The notes beneath the pieces were generated by a model. The model had not been told where the DNA came from. It made no database searches and saw nothing but the letters and a program-made list of their open reading frames with translations. The position numbers and the translations under genes are program-made. A stretch of 64,000 bases of DNA from contig OZ253376.1 in assembly GCA_965261005.1 (NCBI GenBank), positions 247,558 through 311,557 of the forward strand, written 5' to 3'. The stretch comes from Deinococcus sp. GTDB lineage: Bacteria > Deinococcota > Deinococci > Deinococcales > Deinococcaceae. Positions 28,702 through 38,412 of this stretch are shown one piece after another (positions within the stretch are counted from its first letter, which is position 1; each line of letters begins with the position of its first letter).

Positions 28702-29984
28702 CAGCTCGCGGAGGTGCGGTCCGCCAAGCAGCGCAGGGCCAGTTCGCCGAAGAGGCTGTTGGCCCAGCCGAACCACGGGCGCGTGAAGCGTTGCGGGTCG
28801 TCCGGGTGAAAGCTCTCGTGCATCAGGTCGGTGCCCGCCGTCGTGGCGACCAGGGTGGCGAGCGCCCCCGCGCGCTCGGCAGCGCTTTCGGCGGTGAGAC
28901 CGCCCATGCTCAGCGCGATGGGCCAGACGAAGGGGGCCGGCGTGTGCGGGCTGCCGACGCCGCTCGCGTGTGTGCCCTCGTAGAAGTACGGGTTTTCTTT
29001 ACTCAGCACAAAGGCGCGGGTGTTGCGGTAGGTCGGGTCTTCAACCGGGCGGTAGCCCAGGTAGGGGACCGAAAGCAGGCTGGGCACGTTGGCGTCGTCC
29101 ATCAGCACGTGATGGCCCAGGCCGTCCGTCTCGTAGGCGTAGATCCGGCCGAGGGTGGGGTGTTCCACCACGGCGTGGGTTTCGATGCCGTTCTCGATCT
29201 CGTCCGCGAGGGCGAGCGCTTCGCCGCTGAAGCCCGCGTCCGCCCACACCCCGCGCGCGATCTCGGCCAGGTGGCGCAGCTCGACCACGGCCATCATGTT
29301 GCCCGGCACATGATAGTTGCGCCCGCAGGCGTCGTCGCTGGGGCGAAAGGCGGACCAGACCATGCCGGTGAACGCGACCGGGTTTCCGCGCCCGCCATTC
29401 GGTAAGTTGTCCAGGGGGAATTCGGTGTCGGGACGGCGAAAAGTGTACTCGCTCCCCTCGGCGTGGCGCTGCTCGGTTCGCATTACCCGCACGGCCAGGC
29501 GCGCCGCCGCCTCGAAGTCGCCCCGCAACGGACCCGCGTCGCCCATCACCCGCCAGTAGCGGTGGGCCAGCCGAATGGGGTAGCACAACGAGTCCAACTC
29601 GAACTTGCGCTCCCACACGAAAGGGTCGCGTTCCGGCTGGTCGCCCGCGTGACCCGCCCCGTTCGGCTCCGGGTTAAAGGCGTTGGCGTAGGGGTCGCGC
29701 AGCAGTTGGCGCGCCTGCGTGTGAATCACGCCCGCGAGCACGCCGCGGAGGCCCGCGTCCCGCGCGCACAGCTCCAGATAGGGCCATACCTGCGCCGCGC
29801 TGTCGCGCAGCCACATGGCGGGAATGTCCCCCGTGACCACAAAGGTCGTGCCGTCCTCACGCGCCCGCACGGTCGTCTCCAAGCTGCTCCGCAGGCAGCG
29901 GGCGAAGACGCGCGCGAGGTTGGGCTGGTCCGCCCAGGCGCGCGTCACGTCGTCAATCAAGGCTTGCAAGCTGTCGGAGGTCAT
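28701..29984 (-). CDS. Glycoside hydrolase family 125 (exo-alpha-1,6-mannosidase-like)
   Basis: TGDIPAMWLRDS, WERKFELDS, FRPSDD, MDDANVPSLL, MHESF, WFGWAN. Confidence 0.93.
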   Translation of the reverse strand: MTSDSLQALIDDVTRAWADQPNLARVFARCLRSSLETTVRAREDGTTFVVTGDIPAMWLRDSAAQVWPYLELCARDAGLRGVLAGVIHTQARQLLRDPYANAFNPEPNGAGHAGDQPERDPFVWERKFELDSLCYPIRLAHRYWRVMGDAGPLRGDFEAAARLAVRVMRTEQRHAEGSEYTFRRPDTEFPLDNLPNGGRGNPVAFTGMVWSAFRPSDDACGRNYHVPGNMMAVVELRHLAEIARGVWADAGFSGEALALADEIENGIETHAVVEHPTLGRIYAYETDGLGHHVLMDDANVPSLLSVPYLGYRPVEDPTYRNTRAFVLSKENPYFYEGTHASGVGSPHTPAPFVWPIALSMGGLTAESAAERAGALATLVATTAGTDLMHESFHPDDPQRFTRPWFGWANSLFGELALRCLADRTSAS

Positions 29985-30040
29985 GTCGGCCCTATTGTGC
30001 GCCCCATCGCCGCGCCGTGGCGCGAATGGTGCTCCGCCGC

Positions 30041-30079
30041 TTGACAGGCCCGTGAAAAAGGTCTACTTTAACGGTAAAG
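30041..30079 (+). promoter_or_regulatory. Promoter with LacI-type operator
   Basis: TTGACA-17-TACTTT overlapped by CTTTAACGGTAAAG. Confidence 0.65.
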
Positions 30080-30186
30080 CAAACCAAGAAAAGCAGCTGG
30101 CAAGCCGTGTACGTCGGCTGGCCGTATCCGATCCTCTCACTTTCCCATGCAGGTTTGGCCCAGCACGTTTGGACGCGGGAGCGCAC

Positions 30187-31323
30187 ATGAGCGACTCAAC
30201 CTTGATCAGTCCCTTGGTCCCCAAAACGTTGGCCGACGTGGCGCGGCTCGCGGGCGTGTCCAAGATGACCGCCTCCAACGTGATCAACGGCAAGCCCGGC
30301 ATGACCGAGGCCACCCGGCAGCGGGTGCTCCTCGCCATCGAGCAGACCGGCTACGTGGCGAACCCGGCGGCGCGGGTGCTGGCGGGGCGGCGCACCAACC
30401 TGATCGGCGTGATCGCGCCGCGCTACGGCGTTCCCTACGTCACCGATCTGTTGCAGGGCGCCATGGCCGCCGCCGAGGACGTGGGCATGAACTTGGGGGT
30501 CTTCACCACCTCGGGCAACTTGGCGCTGGAACGTGAGCGCGCGGCGCTGCTGCGCGGCCTGGCCGACGGCGTGCTGCTGGTCTTGCCCAGCGGCGACCAG
30601 CGCCGCATGTTCGGGAACGTTCTGCCGGTGGTGACGGCGGGCGCCCTGAGTCCCTACAGCGTGCGCGGTGACAACGTGCTCGGCGGGCGACTGGCCGCGC
30701 GCCACCTGCTCGCCTTGGGACATGCGCGCGTGGCCTACGTGCGCGGGCCGCAGACGCCCGGAATTCAGCGCGAGGAATCGGCGGCGCGCGAGCGCGGCTT
30801 TCTGAAGGAGCTGCTCGGCGCCGGCGTGCGCGTGCCGCCCGAGTACCTGCCGGGGGGCGACTTCACCGAGGCGGGCGGCGAGGTCGCCGCATGGGCGCTG
30901 CTCAGGCTGCCCGAGCCGCCGACGGCCATCTTCGCCGCCAACGACTCGACGGCCTTTGGGGTGTTGTGCGTCGCCGAGCGGCTGGGTTTGCGGGTGCCGC
31001 AGGACCTCTCGGTGGTGGGCTACGACGACGTCGGCGCCGCCGCGCACGCCCGCCCGCCGCTCACCACGGTGCGCCAGCCGCTGCCCGAGATGGGCCGGGC
31101 GGCGGTGCGCTTGCTGCTCGACCTTGTCCGCGCGGACCCGGTGCGCGGCCCCGCGCCGCCGCAGCCGCCCCCGCTTTTTGCCACGGCGCTGATGGTACGG
31201 CACTCCACCGGCCCGCCCAGAGATCAGGAGCGTCACGATCAAGCGTTCACCCGCGCCGCCCCTTCGCCCGGCCAGCCCAAGCCCAACCCGCCCAGGCTCA
31301 ACCAAGACGCCGGAGAATCCTGA
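30187..31323 (+). CDS. LacI-family regulator
   Basis: TLADVARLAGVSKMTAS; PTAIFAAND; DLSVVGYDD; LTTVRQP. Confidence 0.93.
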   Translation: MSDSTLISPLVPKTLADVARLAGVSKMTASNVINGKPGMTEATRQRVLLAIEQTGYVANPAARVLAGRRTNLIGVIAPRYGVPYVTDLLQGAMAAAEDVGMNLGVFTTSGNLALERERAALLRGLADGVLLVLPSGDQRRMFGNVLPVVTAGALSPYSVRGDNVLGGRLAARHLLALGHARVAYVRGPQTPGIQREESAARERGFLKELLGAGVRVPPEYLPGGDFTEAGGEVAAWALLRLPEPPTAIFAANDSTAFGVLCVAERLGLRVPQDLSVVGYDDVGAAAHARPPLTTVRQPLPEMGRAAVRLLLDLVRADPVRGPAPPQPPPLFATALMVRHSTGPPRDQERHDQAFTRAAPSPGQPKPNPPRLNQDAGES

Positions 31324-31331
31324 GGTTGTTC

Positions 31332-32996
31332 ATGAAGAATCCTGTCAAACGCGCTTCGCTCGCCCTCGCCCTGCTGAGCGCCGCCCTGGGCACTGCCACC
31401 CTGAGCACGGGCGCCCTGGCCCAAGGCGCCAATCCCAAGAGCACCTTCACGGTCGTGCGTTCCAGCCAGTGGGGCGCGCAGAACCTCAACCCCTTTTCCC
31501 CCGGCGACCAGCACCTTCAGGCCACCAACTCGGCCATTTACGAGTCGCTGTTTTTCGTGAACGGTTTGAACGGCAAGGTCACCCCCGTGCTGGGCACCAA
31601 GTACGACTGGAGCAAGGACAACAAGACCCTCACCGTCACCACCCGGGGCGGCGTGAAGTGGAACGACGGCCAAGCTTACAGCGCGAGCGACGTCGCCTTT
31701 ACCTTCAACTACATGAAGCAGAACTCGGCCCTGGACCTCGCCGGCTTGTGGAAGAACGGCCTTTCGGGCGTCAAGGCGACCGGCCCCAACACCGTGCAGT
31801 TTACCTTCGACAAGGCCAACACGCCGATCTTCTTTTACCTGGCGCTGACGCCCATTGTGCCCGAGCACGTCTGGAAGGACATCAAGGACCCGGTCACCTT
31901 CACCAACCCCAAGCCCGTCGCCACCGGCCCCTTCACCTTCGACGCCTACAGCCAGCAGGCGGTGCGCGTCCTCAAGAATCCCAACTACTGGATGAAGGGC
32001 CAGCCCTACGTGGACGCCGTCGTGTGGCGCGCGACCAGCGGCAATGACGCCGCCCTGCTGCAACTCCTGAAGGGCGAGGCCGACTACGGCTACGTCGGCA
32101 TTCCCGACCCCAAGGGCGGCTACGCCGACAAGGGGGCGAACTACAGCTACTGGTGGCCGGTCAACAACACCAACTTCCTGTACTTCAACACCACCAAGGC
32201 CCCCTTCAGCGACGTCGCCTTCCGGCGCGCCCTGGCGACGGGCATCGACACGCCCAACGTGGCGCAAAAGGCCTACTCGGGCGTGATCAACCCGGCCCCG
32301 GTCAGCGCGGTCATTCCGGCCCAGCAGTCCCAGTGGTTGCCGGCCAGCATGAAAATGAAGCCCACCTTCGACACCGCCGCCGCCGACAAGGCCCTCACTG
32401 CGGCCGGCTACAAGAAGAACGCCCAGGGCGTGCGCCTCGGCAAGGACGGCAAGCCGCTGCCCAGCTTCAAGATTTTGGTGGGCGCGGGCTGGACCGACTT
32501 CATCACCATGGCGCAGGTCGTGGGCGACAACCTCAAAAAGCTCGGCATCAACACCTCGATTGACCAGCAGACCTGGAGCAGCTACGCGGGCGGCCTGCAA
32601 ACGGCCACCTACGACATGGGCATCTCCTGGGGCTGGGGCAACGGCCCGACGCCGTACTACCTGTTCTACTCCTCGTTTTCCCCGGAGCTGAGCGCGCCGG
32701 TCGGCAAGACCGCGCCGTCCAACTTGTCGCGCTTCACCGACCCGGCCCTGACCCAGGCCATCGCCGCCTTCCGCTCCACCAGCGACCCCGCCGCGCAGAA
32801 AAAGGCCGTGGACAACATGGTCTCGATTGTGGAAAAGGCCCAGCCGTGGGTGCCGCTGACTGACCGGGCGCAGTTCCCGCTGTACAACACCTCCAAGTTC
32901 ACCGGCTTCCCGACCGCGCAGAACCCCTACAACGACGGTAGCCCCGACGACGTGGCGGGCGCGCGCCTGATGTACCTGAACGTCAAGCCCAAGTAA
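31332..32996 (+). CDS. Opp/Dpp-family (SBP_bac_5) binding protein, oligosaccharide-binding type
   Basis: Signal peptide; NLNPF, IYESL, KWNDG, ATGPF, GWTDF. Confidence 0.9.
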   Translation: MKNPVKRASLALALLSAALGTATLSTGALAQGANPKSTFTVVRSSQWGAQNLNPFSPGDQHLQATNSAIYESLFFVNGLNGKVTPVLGTKYDWSKDNKTLTVTTRGGVKWNDGQAYSASDVAFTFNYMKQNSALDLAGLWKNGLSGVKATGPNTVQFTFDKANTPIFFYLALTPIVPEHVWKDIKDPVTFTNPKPVATGPFTFDAYSQQAVRVLKNPNYWMKGQPYVDAVVWRATSGNDAALLQLLKGEADYGYVGIPDPKGGYADKGANYSYWWPVNNTNFLYFNTTKAPFSDVAFRRALATGIDTPNVAQKAYSGVINPAPVSAVIPAQQSQWLPASMKMKPTFDTAAADKALTAAGYKKNAQGVRLGKDGKPLPSFKILVGAGWTDFITMAQVVGDNLKKLGINTSIDQQTWSSYAGGLQTATYDMGISWGWGNGPTPYYLFYSSFSPELSAPVGKTAPSNLSRFTDPALTQAIAAFRSTSDPAAQKKAVDNMVSIVEKAQPWVPLTDRAQFPLYNTSKFTGFPTAQNPYNDGSPDDVAGARLMYLNVKPK

Positions 32997-33012
32997 GAAC
33001 GGCGTTCTCACG

Positions 33013-33045
33013 GGCGGGACCGGGAAACCCGGTTCCGCCACTTTT
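33013..33045 (+). terminator. Hairpin after SBP gene
   Basis: GGCGGGACCGGG-aaa-CCCGGTTCCGCC followed by ACTTTT. Confidence 0.6.
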
Positions 33046-33067
33046 CTAGGTTCTTGAGGAGGCCCGC

Positions 33068-34054
33068 GTGGCTTATCTGCTTCGCAAGTTCGGCATTCTG
33101 CTATTCACCCTCTGGGTGGCCGTCACGCTCAACTTCATCCTGCCGCGCCTGATTCCCGGCAATCCGGTTGGGGCCATGATCGCCAAGTACCAAGGGCGCC
33201 TTGACCCGCAGGCCGTGACGGCGCTGACCAAGGCCTACGGCCTCGATAATCAGGGCAGCATCTTTCAGCAGTACTTCAGCTACCTGGGGCGCCTGCTGGA
33301 AGGGGACTTCGGGCGCTCCATCGGCCAGTTTCCCACGCCGGTCAGCGACATCGTCGCCCGGGCGGCGCCGTGGACCATCGGCCTGATCGGCGTGACCACT
33401 GTTCTCTCCTTTTTGATCGGCAGCGCCCTGGGGCTGTACAGCGCGTGGCGCCGGGGCGGCAAGCTGGCCGACGCCCTGCCGCCCATCGCGCTGTTTCTCA
33501 ACTCGATGCCGTACTTCTGGTTCGCGCTGCTGCTGCTGTACGTCTTCGCCTTCAGGCAGAGCATCTTCCCCTTGAGCGGCAACCTCGACCCCTTTCTGAA
33601 CACCTACAGCCCGGAGTGGTGGTCCTCGCTGTTTCGGCACGCCCTGTTGCCGGCGGTCGCCATCACCGTGACGGCGGCGGGGGGCTGGCTGATCACCATG
33701 CGCAACAACGTGATGAACGTGATGGGCGAGGACTACCTCGCCTTCGCGCGGGCCAAGGGCTTATCCGAGGGGCACGTCCTCAACAGGTACGTGCTGCGCA
33801 ACGCCCTGCTGCCCAGCTTCACCGCCTTTGGCATCGCCCTCGGCTTCGTGGTGGGCGGCTCTCTCCTGATCGAGATCGTCTTTTCTTACCAGGGCCTCGG
33901 CTACTACCTGTACCAATCGGTGGTCGGCCTCGATTATCCCCTGATGCAGGCGATCTTCTTATACATCGCGCTGGCGGTCTTGATCGCCAACTTCATCGTG
34001 GACGCCCTGTACGCCATGCTTGACCCGAGGGTACGGGACGGGAGAATCTCGTGA
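33068..34054 (+). CDS. OppB-type ABC permease
   Basis: LIPGNP, GDFGRS, ARAKGL, LRNALLP, DYPL. Confidence 0.92.
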   Translation: MAYLLRKFGILLFTLWVAVTLNFILPRLIPGNPVGAMIAKYQGRLDPQAVTALTKAYGLDNQGSIFQQYFSYLGRLLEGDFGRSIGQFPTPVSDIVARAAPWTIGLIGVTTVLSFLIGSALGLYSAWRRGGKLADALPPIALFLNSMPYFWFALLLLYVFAFRQSIFPLSGNLDPFLNTYSPEWWSSLFRHALLPAVAITVTAAGGWLITMRNNVMNVMGEDYLAFARAKGLSEGHVLNRYVLRNALLPSFTAFGIALGFVVGGSLLIEIVFSYQGLGYYLYQSVVGLDYPLMQAIFLYIALAVLIANFIVDALYAMLDPRVRDGRIS

Positions 34055-36018
34055 CCGCCATTCCGGCCAAGCTGGTTCCGCCCAAGTTCGGCGCTCGCCT
34101 TCAGGGCCTGGTCCGCTCGCCGCGCGCCACCTTTGGAGCGGCCATCGTGCTGATTATGCTGCTGATGGGCATGTTCGCGCCGCTGCTGACGCGCTACGAC
34201 CCGAGTTCCCTCCAATACGACACCTGGCTGCCGCCGTCGGGGACGCACCTGCTCGGCACCACCGCCCTGGGGCAGGACATCTTCGCGCAGCTGCTGTACG
34301 GCGCGCGGCTCACGCTGTTGGTGGGCTTCGCGTCGGGCCTGGTCGCGACCGCTATCGGCACCACCCTGGGTATCGCCAGCGCCTACTTCGGCGGGCGCAC
34401 CGACGAGGTTATCAACACCATCATCAACGTGATGTTGGTGCTGCCGGGTTTGCCGCTGCTCATCATCGCCAGCGCCTTTTTGCGCGGCAGCGGCGGCGTG
34501 TGGACCATTATCTTGGTGATCTCGCTGACCGGCTGGGCCTTTGGCGCGCGGGTGCTGCGCGCGCAGGCGCTGGCGCTCAGGGGCCGTGACTTCGTGCAGT
34601 CGGCCATCTCCACGGGGGAGGGGCCGGGGCGCATCATCTTCGCCGAGATGCTGCCGAACCTGGCGGGCCTGATCGCCGCCAACTTCTTCGGCACCGCGCT
34701 GTACGCCGTCCTCAGCGAGGCGGCGCTGTCGTTTATCGGTGTGGGCGACGTGAGCAAGATCACCTGGGGCACCATGCTGTACTGGGCGCAGGCCAATCAG
34801 GCGCTGCTCAGGAACGCTTGGTGGTGGATCGTGGCGCCGGGCCTGGGGGTCGCGCTGCTGGGCGCCGCCTTCGCGCTGCTCAACTTTGGCATCGACGAGA
34901 TCACCAACCCCAAGGCCGGCTACGCCGCGGGGGCGACCCGGGTGCTGCGGCGCGGTAAGCGGGCCAAAGTCGAGGGCGTGAAGGCGGGCGGGCCGCTGCT
35001 CGCCATTCGCCACCTCGACGCGGGCTACACCACGCCCCGGGGACCCGTGCGCGCGGTGCGCGACGTGAGCCTCGACCTTTCTCCGGGGGAGTTTTTGGGC
35101 CTGGCGGGAGAGTCGGGCTGCGGCAAGTCCACCCTGGCCTTTGCCGCCACCCGGCTGCTCGACCCCCCTGGCGCGGTGTTCGGCGGCGAGGCGGTGCTGG
35201 ACGGCCAGGACTTGCTTTCTCTTTCGCACGACGAGCTGCGGCGGGTGCGTTGGAAAGAGTACTCGATGGTCTTTCAGGCCAGCATGAACATTCTCAACCC
35301 GGTGCTGAAGGTGCGCGAGCAGGTCTACGACGCGATGCAGGCGCACGGCGTCCACGACAAGAAAAAACTCGACGCCCGCGCCCGTGAACTCTTCCGCTTG
35401 GTCGGCATCCGCGAAAGCTACCTGGACGCCTACCCGCATCAGCTCTCGGGCGGCATGAAGCAGCGGGTGGTGATCGCCATCGCGCTGGCGCTCGAACCCA
35501 AGCTGGTCGTGATGGACGAGCCGACCACCGCCCTCGACGTGGTGGTGCAGCGCCAGATTTTGCAGGAGATCGACGAGGTGCGGCGTCAGCTCGGCATCTC
35601 CATCATCTTCATCACCCACGATCTGAGTTTGCTGGTCGAGATGAGCGACCGCATCGCCATCATGTACGCCGGCGAGATCGTGGAGCAGGCGCCGGCGGGG
35701 GAGATTTACGCGGACCCGCTGCACCCCTACACCCGCCTGCTGATGACCGCCTTTCCGCCGCTGTCGGGGAAGCGCGAGCGCCGTGAGGGCATTCCGGGCC
35801 GCCCGCCGCCCTTATCCGAGGACATCCCCTACTGCCCCTTCTTCGACCGCTGCCCCAGCCGCATGCCGGGAACGTGCGACGCGCACAAGCCCGCCTTGGT
35901 CGAGGTCCAGCCCGGCCGCCGCGTCGCGTGCTTTCTGCACTCGCCGCTCTACAAGCAAGAAGAGGCTCTGGCGGAGGAGCGGGAGGTGGTGCGGCGTGCG
36001 GCCCTCGCCAGCGACTGA
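34051..36018 (+). CDS. Fused OppC-type permease and OppD-type ATPase
   Basis: HLLGTTALGQD and WGTML followed in frame by GESGCGKST, LSGGMKQR, CPFFDRC. Confidence 0.9.
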   Translation: MTAIPAKLVPPKFGARLQGLVRSPRATFGAAIVLIMLLMGMFAPLLTRYDPSSLQYDTWLPPSGTHLLGTTALGQDIFAQLLYGARLTLLVGFASGLVATAIGTTLGIASAYFGGRTDEVINTIINVMLVLPGLPLLIIASAFLRGSGGVWTIILVISLTGWAFGARVLRAQALALRGRDFVQSAISTGEGPGRIIFAEMLPNLAGLIAANFFGTALYAVLSEAALSFIGVGDVSKITWGTMLYWAQANQALLRNAWWWIVAPGLGVALLGAAFALLNFGIDEITNPKAGYAAGATRVLRRGKRAKVEGVKAGGPLLAIRHLDAGYTTPRGPVRAVRDVSLDLSPGEFLGLAGESGCGKSTLAFAATRLLDPPGAVFGGEAVLDGQDLLSLSHDELRRVRWKEYSMVFQASMNILNPVLKVREQVYDAMQAHGVHDKKKLDARARELFRLVGIRESYLDAYPHQLSGGMKQRVVIAIALALEPKLVVMDEPTTALDVVVQRQILQEIDEVRRQLGISIIFITHDLSLLVEMSDRIAIMYAGEIVEQAPAGEIYADPLHPYTRLLMTAFPPLSGKRERREGIPGRPPPLSEDIPYCPFFDRCPSRMPGTCDAHKPALVEVQPGRRVACFLHSPLYKQEEALAEEREVVRRAALASD

Positions 36019-37042
36019 AGCTCCGGTCAACGCCGGCCCGGCGGTGGCGGTCGAGGGCCTGACCAAGGTCTTCGTGGTCGGGCGGGCCGGCAAAAAGGTG
36101 ACGGCCGTCAACGACGTGACCCTGAGCATCGGGCGCGGCGAGGTGCTGGGCCTGGTGGGGGAGTCGGGCAGCGGCAAGAGCACCATCGCGCGCCTGATCG
36201 GCCGCCTGTACGAGCCGACCGCCGGCAAGATGCAGCTGGCCGGTCAGGAGATTCCGCTGCACATGGGCGGCGCGCGGCTGCGGCGCTTTCGCAAGAACGT
36301 GCAGATGATCTTTCAGGACCCTTACGGCAGCCTCAACGGCCTGCACACCATCGGCTACATCCTGTCGCGCCCGCTCAAGATTCACGGCATGGCGCGCGGG
36401 CGGGACGTGCCGGAGCGCGTGAACGCGCTGCTCGACCGGGTGGGCCTGTCCCCCGGCGCGAGCTACGCCGCCAAGAAGCCGCACGAATTGTCGGGGGGCC
36501 AGCGCCAGCGGGTGGTGATCGCCCGCGCCCTGGCCGCCCGGCCCGAATTGATCCTGGCCGACGAGCCGACCAGCGCCCTCGACGTCTCCATCCGCCTGGA
36601 CATCATGAACCTGCTGCTCGACTTGCGCGATCAGGAAGGCTTGTCCATGCTCTTTATCACCCACGACCTCGCGGGCGCGCGCTACATGGCCGACCGCATC
36701 GCGGTGATGTACACCGGCTACATCGTGGAGGTCGGCCCGGCCGCCGACGTGATCGACCGGCCGCAACATCCCTACACCCAGCTGCTCAAGAGCGCCGCCC
36801 CAAATCCCGAGGCGGGCCTGAACCCGGAGCACGTCGAGGCGCGCGGCGAGGTGCCCGATTTATCGAATTTGCCGCCGGGCTGCCCCTTCGAGCCGAGGTG
36901 CCCCCACGCCCGCAAAGTCTGCTCGGAGGCGTTGCCGAGGATATACGACGTCGGCCACGGCCACGGGGCGCGCTGCATCCTGCACGACCCAGTGCTGTCC
37001 CAACAGCCCCCCCTTCACCCCGAACTGGAGGCCAGCGCGTGA
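35996..37042 (+). CDS. OppF-type ABC ATPase
   Basis: [25 protein letters not shown]; start approximate. Confidence 0.9.
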   Translation: MRPSPATEAPVNAGPAVAVEGLTKVFVVGRAGKKVTAVNDVTLSIGRGEVLGLVGESGSGKSTIARLIGRLYEPTAGKMQLAGQEIPLHMGGARLRRFRKNVQMIFQDPYGSLNGLHTIGYILSRPLKIHGMARGRDVPERVNALLDRVGLSPGASYAAKKPHELSGGQRQRVVIARALAARPELILADEPTSALDVSIRLDIMNLLLDLRDQEGLSMLFITHDLAGARYMADRIAVMYTGYIVEVGPAADVIDRPQHPYTQLLKSAAPNPEAGLNPEHVEARGEVPDLSNLPPGCPFEPRCPHARKVCSEALPRIYDVGHGHGARCILHDPVLSQQPPLHPELEASA

Positions 37043-38412
37043 CCCTGACCAAAAGCGACACCGTCCGCAAAAATGATTTCCCGGAAGGCTTCCTGTGGGG
37101 CGCGGCGACCGCCGCTTACCAGATCGAGGGGGCCGTGAACGAGGACGGCCGCCAACCCAGCATCTGGGATACCTTCAGCCATACCCCCGGCAAGGTGAAG
37201 AACGGCGAGACGGGGGACGTGGCCTGCGACCATTACCACCTGTGGGCGCAGGACCTCGACTTGATGCAGAGCCTGGGCCTGAACGCCTACCGCTTCAGTG
37301 TGGCCTGGCCGAGAATTGTTCCGGCGGGGCGCGGCGCGACCAACAAGGCGGGCCTCGACTTCTACGACCGCCTGACCGACGGGCTGCTTGCTCGCGGCAT
37401 CGCCCCCTACGTGACGCTGTACCACTGGGACTTGCCGCAGGCGCTCCAAGACGCCGGGGGCTGGGCCAACCGCGACACCGCCTACGCGTTTACCGACTAC
37501 GCCCGGGTCGTGGCGGACCGGCTGGGCGACCGCGTGTCCGGCTGGATCACCCACAACGAGCCGTGGTGCGCCGCCTTTCTGGGGAACCTGATCGGCGTTC
37601 ACGCGCCGGGGGTGCAAGACCTGGAGACCGCCCTGCGGGCCTCGCACCATCTGCTGTTGTCGCACGGGATGGCGACCCCGCTGCTGCGGGAAAGCGCCCC
37701 GACCGGCATCACCCTGATCCTGGGGCCGCAGCATCCCGCCACGGACAGCCCCGAGGACGCCGCCGCCGCCCGGCGGGGGGACGGCTTTCTCAACCGCTGG
37801 TTTCTCGATCCCCTGTATGGGCGCGGCTACCCGCAGGACATGCTTGACTTGTATGCGCGGGAGGCGCCGGACTTCGCGCGGGCCATTCAGCCGGGCGATT
37901 TGGAGACCATCGCCACGCCCACCGACTTTCTCGGGGTGAACTACTACCAGCGCAGCGTTGTGCAGGACGCCCCCGGCGAGCGTGGTCTGCTGGGGACGCG
38001 CAACCTGCACCCCGAGGGCGAGTACACCGCCTTCGATTGGGAGGTGTACCCGGACGGCCTGCGCGAGGTGCTGACGCGGGTGCAGCGCGACTACGCCCCG
38101 CCCGCCGTCTACGTGACCGAGAACGGCGCGGCCTATGAGGACAAGATCGGGCCGGACGGCGAAATTCACGACGAGGGCCGTCTGCGCTACTTCGGCAGCC
38201 ACCTGGCCGCCTGCCTGGGGGCCATCCGGGAAGGGGTGCCGCTCAAGGGCTACTTCGCTTGGAGCCTGCTCGACAACTTCGAGTGGGCCGAGGGGTACGG
38301 CAAGCGGTTCGGGCTGACACGGGTGGACTATGACACGCAGAAGCGCACCCTCAAGCAGAGCGGCGCGTGGTACGGGCGGCTGGCGCGCGGCGACGACGCG
38401 CCGGCAGGCTGA
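37039..38412 (+). CDS. GH1 beta-glucosidase
   Basis: FLWGAATAAYQIEG, THNEP, VTENG, WSLLDNFEWAEG. Confidence 0.95.
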   Translation: MTLTKSDTVRKNDFPEGFLWGAATAAYQIEGAVNEDGRQPSIWDTFSHTPGKVKNGETGDVACDHYHLWAQDLDLMQSLGLNAYRFSVAWPRIVPAGRGATNKAGLDFYDRLTDGLLARGIAPYVTLYHWDLPQALQDAGGWANRDTAYAFTDYARVVADRLGDRVSGWITHNEPWCAAFLGNLIGVHAPGVQDLETALRASHHLLLSHGMATPLLRESAPTGITLILGPQHPATDSPEDAAAARRGDGFLNRWFLDPLYGRGYPQDMLDLYAREAPDFARAIQPGDLETIATPTDFLGVNYYQRSVVQDAPGERGLLGTRNLHPEGEYTAFDWEVYPDGLREVLTRVQRDYAPPAVYVTENGAAYEDKIGPDGEIHDEGRLRYFGSHLAACLGAIREGVPLKGYFAWSLLDNFEWAEGYGKRFGLTRVDYDTQKRTLKQSGAWYGRLARGDDAPAG

